Shown piece by piece: positions 37,701 through 48,700 of a stretch of DNA of 64,000 nt. This DNA is from Ranitomeya imitator. Lineage: Eukaryota. The stretch lies in assembly GCF_032444005.1 (NCBI RefSeq), contig NC_091286.1, positions 521,420,001 through 521,484,000 of the forward strand, read 5' to 3'. Numbering within the stretch: the first letter of the stretch is position 1; every line of letters starts with the position of its first letter. A model generated the notes under the pieces. That model did no database searches. It saw nothing but the letters and a program-made list of their open reading frames with translations, and had not been told where the DNA came from. A program made the translations under genes and the position numbers.

Positions 37701-39870
37701 TTATAATTGGGGGGTTTCCACTGTTTAGGCACATCAGGGGCTCTCCAAACGCGACATGGCGTCCGATCTCAATTCCAGCCAATTCTGCATTGAAAAAGTA
37801 AAACAGTGCTCCTTCACTTCCGAGCTCTCCCGTGCGCCCAAACAGGGGTTTACCCCAACATATGGGGTATCATCGTACTCGAGACAAATTGGACAACAAC
37901 TTTTTGGGTCCAAGTTCTCTTGTTATCCTTGGGAAAATAAAAATTTGGGGGGCTAAAACTCATTTTTGTGGGAAAAAAAAAGGATTTTTTATTTTCACGG
38001 CTCTGCGTTGTAAACTGCGTTGTAATCTAGATAAGTTCCGTGGGAGGTCTAGTTTCCAATATGAGGTCACTTGTGGGGGGTTTGTACTGTTTGGGTACAT
38101 CAGGGGCTCTGCAAATGCAACGTGACGCCTGCAGACCAATCCATCTAAGTCTGCATTCCAAATGGCGCTCCTTCCCTTCCGAGCTCTGCCATGCGCCCAA
38201 ACAGTGGTTCCCCCCCACATATGGGGTATCAGCGTACTCAGGACAAATTGTACAACAACTTTTGGGGTCCAATTTATTCTGTTACCCTTGTAAAAATACA
38301 AAGCTGGGGGCTAAAAAATCATTTTTGTGAAAAAAAAAGAATTTTTATTTTCACGGCTCTGCGTTATAAACTGTAGTGAAACACTTAGGGGTTCAAAGTT
38401 CTCACAACACATCTAGATAAGTTCCTTGGGAGGTCTAGTTTCTAATATGGGGTCACTTGTGGGGGGTTTGTACTATTTGGGTACATCAGGGGCTCTGCAA
38501 ATGCAACGTGACTCCTGCAGACCAATCCATCTAAGTCTGCATTCCAAATGGCGCTCCTTCCCTTCCGAGCTCTGCCATGCGCCCAAACAGTGGTTCCCCC
38601 CCACATATTGGGTATCAGCGTACTCAGGACAAATTGGACAACAACTTTTGGGGTCCAATTTATTCTGTTACCCTGGTGAAAATACAAAACTGGGGGCTAA
38701 AAAATAATTTTTGCGAAAAAAAAAAAAAATAATTTTAACGGCTCTGCGTTATAAACTGTAGTGAAGCACTTGGGGGTTCAAAGCTCTCAAAACACATCTA
38801 GATAAGTTCCTTAGGGGGTCTAGTTTCCAAAATGGTGTCACTTGTGGGGGGTTTTAATGTTTAGGCACATCAGGGGCTCTCCAAACCAACATGGCATCCC
38901 ATCTTAATTCCAGTCAATTTTGCATTGAAAAGTCAAATGGCGCTACTTCCCTTCCGAGCTCTGCTATGCACCCAAAAAGTGGTTTACCCCCACATATGGG
39001 GTATCGTCGCACTCAGGACAAATTGCACAACAACTTTTGTGGTCTAATTTCTTCTCTTACCCTTGGGAAAATAAAAAATTGGTGGCGAAAAGATCATTTT
39101 TGTGAAAAAATATGATTTTTTATTTTTACGGCTCTGCATTATAAACTTCTGTGAAGCACTTGTTGGGTCAAAGTGCTCATCACACCTCTAGATAAGTTCC
39201 TTAAGGGGTCTACTTTCCAAAATGGTGTCACTTGTGGGGATTTCAATGTTTAGGCACATCAGGGGCTCTCCAAACACAACATGGCATCCCATCTCAATTC
39301 CAGTCAATTTTGCATTGAAAAGTAAAATGGCGCTCCTTCCCTTCCGAGCTCTGCCATACGCCCAAACAATGGTTTACACCCATATATGGGGTATCAGCGT
39401 ACTCAGGACAAATTGGCCAACAATTTTTGAGGTTCAATTTCTTCTCTTACTCTTGGGAAAATAAAAATTGGGGGCGAAAAGATCATTTTTGTGAAAAAAT
39501 ATGATTTTTTATTTTTACGGCTCTGCATTATAAACTTCTGTGAAGCAATTGGTGGGTCAAAGTGGTCACCACACATCTAGATAAGTTCCTTAAGGGGTCT
39601 ACTTTCCAAAATGGTGTCACTTGTGGGGGGTTTCAATGTTTAGGCACATGAGGGGCTCTCCAAACGCAACATGGCGTCCCATCTCAATTCCTGTCAAATG
39701 GCGCTCCTTTCCTTCCGAGCTCTGCCATGCGCCCAAACAGTGGTTTACCCCCACATATGGGGTATCAACGTACTCAGTACAGATTGTACAACAATGTTTG
39801 GCATCCATTTTATCCTGTTACCCTTGGTAAAATAATACAAATTGGAGGTGAAATAAATTTTGTGTGAAAA
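37700..39870 (-). repeat. ~390-bp satellite, ~5-6 units, reverse orientation, in D
   Basis: Reverse complement of the B/C unit (TCTAGTTTCCAAAATGGTGTCACTTGTGGGG). Confidence 0.9.
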
Positions 39871-42863
39871 AAAGTTAAATATTCATTTTTATTTAAACAT
39901 TCCAAAAATTCCTGTGAAACCCCTGAAGGGTTAATAAACTTCTTGAATGTGGTTTTGAGCACCTTGAGGGGTGCAGTTTTTAGAATGGTGTCACACTTGG
40001 GTATTTTCTATCATATAGACCCCTCAAAATGACATCAAATGAGATGTGGTCCCTAAAAAAAAATGGTGTTGTAAAAATGAGAAATTGCTGGTCAACTTTT
40101 AACCCTTATAACTCCCTAACAAAAAAAAATTTTGGTTCCAAAATTGTGCTGATGTAAAGTAGACATGTGGGAAATGTTACTTATTAAGTATTTTGCGTGA
40201 CATATCTCTGTGATTTAAGGGCATAAAAATTTAAAGTTGTAAAATTGCGAAATGTTCTAAATTTTCGCCAAATTTCCGTTTTTTTCACAAATAAACGCAA
40301 GTTATATCGAATAAATGTTACCATTAAAATGAAGTACAATATGTCACGAGAAAACAATGTCAGAATCGCCAAGATCCGTTTAAGCGTGAATTCCCCGAGC
40401 TGCTGGGCTGTTCCCCCCCACAAAAACAGGATGTCATCAATATAGCGCATCCAGCACAGCACGTGGTCCGCGGACTGCGCGCCCCCGTCGCCAAAAATGA
40501 GTCTCTCCCATGATCCCAGGAAGAGATTAGCGTACGAAGGCGCACAGGCCGAGCCCATGGCTGTGCGGCGCTTCTGCAGATAATAATTGTCTTTGAAGGC
40601 AAAAAAGTTGTGGGAGAGAACAAAGCGCAGCAGCTCGAGGACAAGTTCGCACATACGGCCGTCCAGGTCGGAAGGCCCTAAGGAAGAGACGGACTGCAGC
40701 CAAACCGCTTTCGTGGTCAATACACGTATAAAGAGTCTGGACGTCAGCGGTGACCAAAAGGACACCAGGATCGACAAGGACGCCGTCAACACGTGAGAGG
40801 ACGTCCGTTGTGTCTCTTACATATGACGGTAACACCTCCACAAGTGGCTTAAGATAAAATTCAATGAATTTGCACACTGGATAACACAAGCCGTCAATGC
40901 CTGACACAATCGGACGCCCCGGTGGGTTGACGGCGTCCTTGTGGACCTTTGGTAACAGATAAAAAGTTGGTGTCCTTGGTGATCTCACCGTGAGTCCCTC
41001 CAACACTTTTTTATCAATAATCCCATCATCTAGCGCCCTACCAAGAATGGTCTGTAGCTGGGAGGAGAAGGAGGCCATCGGGTTATATGCTAATTTTGTA
41101 TAAGTTGAGGTATCCCTCAACTGTCGAAAAGCTTCTTTCTCGTATTTGTCACATGGCCAGACGACGATGTTCCCCCCCTTGTCAGCAGGCTTAAATACAA
41201 CATCTTTATAAGATTTTAACTCATTAATGGCCACTCTCTGCCTATGCGTCAGGTTATCAAACCTGCGTTTAGAGGATAGTTGCTTTAAATCCTCGGTGAC
41301 CAGACGTGTAAATATGTCCATCGCTGGACATAAGGACAAGGGGGGGAACCTCGTCGATCTGGGCATAATATCTGATGGAAACCTACCTTGGGGTACGATG
41401 GTTTGTTCCTCCAGGAGGTCCTCCAAGGCCCGCAAGGCCTCCGTCTCCATCCCAGCCACGGACCCATGAGGTGGATAGTTCTTAGAATGTAACTTTTTAA
41501 GACTAGCTTCCGGGAAAAGAGGTGAAGGTCCTTCATAGCTACAAAGAAATCAAAAGGATTAGTTGGTGAGAAGCTCAAACCCCTACCAAGTACCTCAATC
41601 TGATCCTTAGTGAAAGTTCTTGAAGATAGATTCAGTACCTGAAGGCCACCACTATTGCCAGCCCCTTGTTGTTTCCCAGATGAATTCTTGGTTTTAGAGG
41701 TCTGGTGTGTCACGATCTTGTTGGACTGAGGCTTTGGCCCAGATTGACTTCTAGAGGGTTCGGAATATGACACATTATCTTCTGATGGAACATTAGAAGC
41801 AGTGGACCTGGATCTGGATCGAGAGGTTGAATAATTTCTGAAGTGGGGGCGTGAGCGATAATTAGAGCTACGCCACCTATATACATTGCCAGTCTGTTTG
41901 TCATGAACATCACGTTTAAATTTTCTTGCCTTTGAATTTTGTATTTCATTGACCCATTTTTGTAGATCCACATCCACTTCATCATTGAGTTTTTTGATTG
42001 CCTCTCCCGACATATCTCTTTTCAGAGTTTGCTGTACAGTTTCGATTTCTTTCTCTATTTCACTTAATTTGTGTAAATCCAGGCCCTAAGGTAATAAAAC
42101 CCAGAGCACAGTTTGTAGACAATTCCTCCCACTTATTTTTGAACTTGTCATCCGTAATAGGGAATGATGGAAATACTTGGATTCTCAAACCACGTGGGAT
42201 GAGACCCCCTTCTAGATACTTCTCAAGGAAGGCATGATTCCATCAGACCCTTGTTCTCTTTCTTAAAAGTTCCTTAAATTGCACAATAGTCTCCTGTAGA
42301 TCCCTGCCCAGCCCGTCCGGGCCCCCATTAAAACCATCCTTGAGTGTATCATTAATTTGGGCACGCCAAGTGGAATCTCGTGCCCGAAAGTCCATAATGG
42401 GCCTAAAAGAGACTGTGATAAACACAGAAGCATAAGTAACAACAAAAAAACTAGGCAACATATTAGCAGGGAATTTAAAGCACTAAATAGCGCTGAAAAA
42501 ACCCAAAGCCAAAAAGGCAAACTAACTCCATATAGATCATTGGAAGAAAGGAGTATAAAGGGAGCAAAAGAATGATGCAAAAGGTAATTTATTGATCAGG
42601 CATGCTTGGGTGCGCATGCGCGGCTTTTGGTTCCCTTGGTTCCCGTCCGAGCGGCGTCTCTGTGGTCTCGCGTAGGTGCTGTGGGGTTTCCCCTCCCCAC
42701 AGCGGCGGAGTGATACCTGACGCCGTCTCTGACGTGGGACGGGGTGCCCCAGGCACGCATGCGCCGCTATTCTGGCTGCCGTTGGCTGGGGCGTTACATG
42801 TGATCTGTCACATGCTGCCGAGTCCGCGCTATTTGAAGGGTCCTTTCCTGTTCTGGGGCACTT

Positions 42864-42910
42864 CCCCTTGAGAAAGCCGAACATCCGCGTCAGCGAAACG
42901 CTCGTCGGGG
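42864..42910 (+). ncRNA. Second hammerhead motif, in the inverted 5' terminal repeat of the PLE
   Basis: CCCC-TTGAGAA-AGCCGAACATCCGCGTCAGC-GAAAC-GCTC-GTC-GGGG; loop 3 is GCTC and not palindromic. Confidence 0.6.
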
Positions 42911-43239
42911 TTTCCCTGGACTGAATCCTGCCCGGTACACACTGCCTCTGCATATTCTTGTGGTAAGCGCCGCCTGGTTACGGGTATTTTACACTGTGGG
43001 GGGTATACTAGTTACCCACAGCGGTAACTTGGTGTTCACATTAGGCTACTTCCCTACTACTACCTTATATGTGGGATAATGACTCTTTTGCAGTGTTTTT
43101 GCTGGTGGAGACTCACTCTAATTTTAACCATCCTGTTTGTACTTTTTGTATATATTTATGCACTATATGTTTAATAAATTACCTTTTGCATCATTCTTTT
43201 GCTCCGTTTATACTCCTTTCTTCCAGGTGAGGGATATAG

Positions 43240-44856
43240 TTGTTTTTCATTTTTGCTTTTCTGGTCTCCTGTAAAAAATAAAATAAAATAAAAAACAGTT
43301 CATCAGCCCAGTTCACAATGAGGTGGAATGAGTGTTAGGTGAGTAGTTTCATTGTTTATAATTTTCTGTTTTTTACAGTAGATCAGGGCTCAATGGAATG
43401 GGTGTAAGGTGAGTATAACTGCGATTGCTACTTTTAAATAAATATGTAAAACAGTGCATATTTTCATTTCAAATAAAGGGGACTTTATTTTGGGTGTTTC
43501 TTACTGACAATATGACTATGGGGTCTTATAGACACCTTTCCATTACTAACTGATGGGATTCATGTCACCTGATAATACAATGATGACACCAGTCCCACAA
43601 ATATGAACCCCACTTGCCATCACCACAGGGCAAGTGGGAAAAGCTGGGCAGAAAGCCAGAATTGGCGCATCTAATAGATGCACCTTTTCAGGTGTGGTTG
43701 TGGGCTGCTATTTTTAGGCTTAAGGGGGGCAATATCCATGTCCCCTTACCAGAAGAGAGTACTACCCCCCAGCTGTCTGGTTTAGCTTGGCTGGTTGTAG
43801 AAAATAGGGGACCCCAAGTCATTATTATAAATAATTTATTTAAATAATTTAAAAAAAGTCATAGGAACCCCTCTATGCGTGATAACCAGCCATAATAAAG
43901 TAAATAGTTGAGGGTTGCAGCCAGCAGGTATCAGTTTTGCCATGCTAGTTATCAAAAATAGAGAGGAACCCAGGATTTTTTTTTTTTTTTAGTTATGGCG
44001 CAGGTGCCAGCTGATGAGTACTCCCATCAGCAGAGCCTAATCTTGTTGTTATTGACGGCAGCAGGTGTAGGTTGATGGAAGTAGTATTATCTCATCAGTC
44101 AACACCTTAGTGACCAGAGGCAAACCTTTTACCTCTGCTCACAGCTGTTGGGTGTTGAGTTCCCACCACTGCCCAGGGGGAATCTCAAACCATGTCTGCT
44201 GCGGTCTCCCGTTCTCCTCAAGCCACAGTGCAACCTGCTAAGCGGAGACGTCGGTCCCAGCATCAGGCTCAGCCTGATATTGTGCGAATGGTTACAGCTG
44301 CCTTTCCAGGCTCTGCCTTTGTAGCCAGCACTGGTCAGCGGCGAGCAGGCTTTTCTGGGACGAAGTCCTGCTTTTCACGCACTGAGCATGCCCATGGGAG
44401 GATCTCTCATTGGAGGTCGGGGGTCACACGTCCAGACCCTGTAGCAGCTCTTATATGTCTGTAAGTTAACAGAGATCGCTTCCAGTTCACACGGGGTGAA
44501 GCGTAACCCACGTGTTCGCTCAGAGGTTATCCACCATTACTTTGCAGCAGATATCTCTGCACAGTGGACCCCTGGCTGCGAACGCACCTTATAGCTACCT
44601 ATCTATACTCGGTGCGTTCCGCTAACCCTAACAGTTGGTTCTCTGACCAGCAGTAAGGATCTTACAACTGATCAGAGCCGCCAGTGTTTCTCATGCTGTC
44701 GTTCATATGACAGCATGGGAAACAACCAGTGTTCAGGTTGCCAAATTTAAACAGTAACACGCACTTCCTAGAGAAGTCTGTGTCATGTGTCCTTGCCTGA
44801 GCTGTAAGTATTTGGTACAGACCTCAAACTTTAATGTTCGGGTTCACCCATCATTA
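43240..44856. mobile_element. Fragment of the same hAT-like repeat family as 5001-8150
   Basis: Shares ACTATGGGG..CCATTACTAAC, GGGCAAGTGGGAA..CCAGAATTGG, GATAACCAGCC, and the end GTTCGGGTTCACCCATC. Confidence 0.6.
44146..44633. mobile_element. Probable solo LTR (~488 bp)
   Basis: TGTTGGG...CCCTAACA termini and GC-richer than its host repeat. No matching TSD found. Confidence 0.5.
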
Positions 44857-45782
44857 CTCTCCTCAAACTTCAATGTCTCCTTTGCATGTTCAAGAACTCA
44901 AGTCACACATCTTGCCAAATTTGTTCTACCCCCAACTATGCTAATGGTTGAAGTTAATTTCCAGGTGCAGGAGGGGTTCTTGTTATGTTAAGGTAATTCA
45001 GTACCACAATGGACATAGAGGTCAGAGCACATACAGTGACCTGACAATAACCCATAAACATTGAATGAGCTCTGAGACGTGGGAACTCTGCTGACCGCAA
45101 TCCCTAATCCTCTCCAACCACACTAGAGGCAGCCGTGGATTGCGCCTAACGCTCCCTATGCAACTCAGCACAGCCTGAGAAACTAGCTAGCCTGAAGATA
45201 GAAAATAAGCCTACCTTGCCTCAGAGAAATACCCCAAAGGAAAAGGCAGCCCCCACATATAATGACTGTGAGTAAGATGAAAAGACAAACGTAGAGATGA
45301 AATAGATTTAGCAAAGTGAGGCCCGACTTACTGAACAGAGCGAGGATAGGAAAGGTAACTTTGCGGTCAACACAAAACCCTACAAAAACCACGCACAGGG
45401 GGCAAAAAGACCCTCCGTACCGAACTAACGGCACGGAGGTACACCCTCTGCGTCCCAGAGCTTCCAGCAAGCAGGAAAAAACAAATAGACAAGCTGGACA
45501 GAAAAAAACAGCAAACAAAATAGCAAAGCAGAACTTAGCTATGCAGAGCAGCAGGCCACGGGAACGATCCAGGAGGAAACAGGTCCAATACTAGAACATT
45601 GACTGGAGGCCAGGATCAAAGCACTAGGTGGAGTTAAATAGAGCAGCACCTAACGACTTCACCACATCACCTGAGGAAGGAAACTCAGAAGCCGCAGTAC
45701 CACTTTCCTCCACCAACGGAAGCTCACAGAGAATCAGCCGAAGTACCACTTGTGACCACAGGAGGGAGCTCTGCCACAGAAT

Positions 45783-48700
45783 TCACAACAGTACCCCCCC
45801 TTGAGGAGGGGTCACCGAACCCTCACCAGAGCCCCCAGGACAACCAGGATGAGCCATATGAAAGGCACGAACAAGATCGGGAGCATGGACATCAGAGGCA
45901 AAGACCCAGGAATTATCTTCCTGAGCATAACCCTTCCACTTAACCAAATACTGGAGTTTCCGTCTTGAAACACAAGAATCCAAAATCTTTTCCACAATAT
46001 ACTCCAACTCCCCCTCCACCAAAACCGGGGCAGGAGGATCAACAGAAGGAACCATAGGTGCCACGTATCTCCGCAACAATGACCTATGGAATACGTTATG
46101 TATGGAAAAAGAATCAGGAAGGGTCAGACGAAAAGACACAGGATTAGGAACCTCAGAAATCCTATACGGACCAATGAAACGAGGTTTAAACTTAGGAGAG
46201 GAAACCTTCATAGGAATATGACGAGAAGATAACCAAACCAAATCCCCAACACGAAGTCGGGGACCCACACAGCGTCTGCGATTAGTGAAACGTTGAGCCT
46301 TCTCCTGGGACAAGGTCAAATTGTCCACTACATGAGTCCAAATCTGCTGCAACCTGTCCACCACAGTATCCACACCAGGACAGTCCGAAGACTCAACCTG
46401 CCCTGAAGAGAAACGAGGATGGAACCCAGAGTTGCAGAAAAACGGCGAAACCAAGGTAGCCGAGCTGGCCCGATTATTAAGGGTGAACTCAGCCAAAGGC
46501 AAAAAGGACACCCAGTCATCCTGATCAGCAGAAACAAAGCATCTCAGATATGTTTCCAAGGTCTGATTGGTTCGTTCGGTCTGGCCATTAGTCTGAGGAT
46601 GGAAAGCCGAGGAAAAAGACAAGTCAATGCCCATCCTACCACAAAAGGCTCGCCAAAACCTCGAAACAAACTGGGAACCTCTGTCAGAAACGATATTCTC
46701 TGGAATTCCATGTAAACGAACCACATGCTGGAAGAACAATGGCACCAAATCAGAGGAGGAAGGTAATTTAGACAAGGGTACCAAATGAACCATCTTAGAG
46801 AAGCGATCACAGACCACCCAAATGACTGACATCTTTTGAGAGACGGGAAGATCTGAAATAAAATCCATAGAGATATGTGTCCAAGGCCTCTTCGGGACTG
46901 GCAAGGGCAAAAGCAACCCACTGGCACGAGAACAGCAGGGCTTAGCCCGAGCACAAATCCCACAGGACTGCACAAAATAACGCACATCCCGCGACAGAGA
47001 TGGCCACCAAAAGGATCTAACCACTAACTCTCTGGTACCAAAGATTCCAGGATGACCAGCCAACACCGAACAATGAACCTCAGAGATAACTTTATTCGTC
47101 CACCTATCAGGGACAAACAGTTTCTCCACTGGGCAACGATCAGGTTTATTAGCCTGAAATTTTTGCAGCACCCGCCGCAAATCAGGGGAGATGGCAGACA
47201 CAATTACTCCCTCTTTGAGGATACCCGCCGGCTCAGATAAACCCGGAGAGTCGGGCACAAAACTCCTAGACAGAGCATTCGCCTTCACATTTTTAGAGCC
47301 CGGAAGGCACGAAATCACAAAGTCAAAACGGGCAAAAAACAGCGACCAATGAGCCTGTCTAGGATTCAACCGCTTGGCAGACTCGAGATAAGTCAAGTCA
47401 AGATGCTTAGCTCCTTCAAGCCAATGACGCCACTCCTCGAATGCCCACTTCATGGCCAGAAACTCTCGATTGCCCACATCATAATTTTGCTCAGCAGGCG
47501 AAAACTTCCTGGAAAAGAAGGCGCATGGTTTCATCACCGAGCAATCAGAACTTCTCTGCGACAAAACAGCCCCTGCTCCAATCTCAGAAGCATCAACCTC
47601 GACCTGGAATGGAAGCGAAACATCTGGTTGACACAACACAGGGGCAGAAGAAAAACAACGTTTCAACTCTTGAAAAGCTTCCACAGCAGCAGAAGACCAA
47701 TTGACCACATCAGCACCCTTCTTGGTCAAATCGGTCAATGGTTTAGCAATACTAGAAAAATTGCAGATGAAGCGACGATAAAAATTAGCAAAGCCCAGGA
47801 ACTTTTGCAGACTTTTCAGAGATGTCGGCTGAGTCCAATCATGGATGGCTTGGACCTTAACAGGGTCCATCTTGATAGTAGAAGGGGAAAAGATGAACCC
47901 CAAAAACGAAACCTTCTGAACACCAAAGAGACACTTTGATCCCTTCACAAACAAAGAATTAGCACGCAGGACCTGAAACACCGTTCTGACCTGCTTCACA
48001 TGAGACTCCCAATCATCCGAGAAGATCAAAATGTCATCCAAGTACACAATCAGGAATTTATCCAGGTACTCTCGGAAGATGTCATGCATAAAGGACTGAA
48101 ACACTGATGGAGCATTGGCAAGTCCGAATGGCATTACTAGATACTCAAAATGGCCCTCGGGCGTATTAAATGCAGTTTTCCATTCATCGCCTCGCTTAAT
48201 ACGCACAAGATTATACGCACCACGAAGATCTATCTTGGTGAACCAACTAGCCCCCTTAATCCGAGCAAACAAATCAGATAACAACGGCAAGGGGTACTGA
48301 AATTTAACCGTGATCTTATTTAGAAGGCGGTAATCTATACAAGGTCTCAGCGAACCATCCTTCTTGGCTACAAAAAAGAACCCTGCTCCTAATGGTGACG
48401 ATGACGGGTGAATATGCCCCTTCTCCAAGGACTCCTTCACATAACTCCGCATAGCGGCGTGCTCAGGCACAGATAAATTAAACAGTCGACCTTTTGGTAA
48501 TTTACTACCAGGAATCAAATCGATAGCACAATCACAATCCCTATGCGGAGGTAGGGTATCGGACTTGGGCTCATCAAATACATCCCGGTAATCAGACAAG
48601 AACTCTGGAACCTCAGAAGGGGTGGATGACAAAATAGTCAGAAATGGGACATCACCATGTACCCCCTGACAACCCCAGCTGGACACAGACATGGATTTCC

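Larger units (their letters stand above)
35720..40387. mobile_element. piggyBac-type non-autonomous element D inserted in the PLE RT; right end deleted
   Basis: TTAA-CCCCTTAATCCC left end. GC-rich part, AT-rich part, TTAGGG tract, inverted satellite, then an arm that stops at GATCCGTTTAAGCGT, roughly 110-130 bp short of the expected TIR. Confidence 0.82.
34642..42395 (-). pseudogene. PLE polyprotein (RT + Cys linker + GIY-YIG endonuclease), disrupted by stops, frameshifts and element D
   Basis: FKPADKGGNIVVW, FYLLPKVHK..PPGRPIVS, LVTADVQTLYT, AMGSACAPSYANLF, WMRYIDDILFLW; after D, DFLDV, CGHCVAC, GLTSRELRLRVREH, REAAWIVRLNTMTPTGLN. Confidence 0.9.
33456..43223 (-). mobile_element. Penelope-like retroelement (Neptune-like), complete insertion with inverted 5' terminal repeat
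   Basis: 15-bp TSD CAGGTGAGGGATATA at 33441-33455 and 43224-43238. Direct repeat 33456-33610 / 42440-42594. Inverted repeat ~33560-34190 / 42595-43225. Confidence 0.92.

Noticed and set aside
44141-44638. TSD for the 44146-44633 LTR-like insert
   Set aside because: The flanks (ACAGC / GTTGG) do not match, so the LTR call was kept at low confidence.
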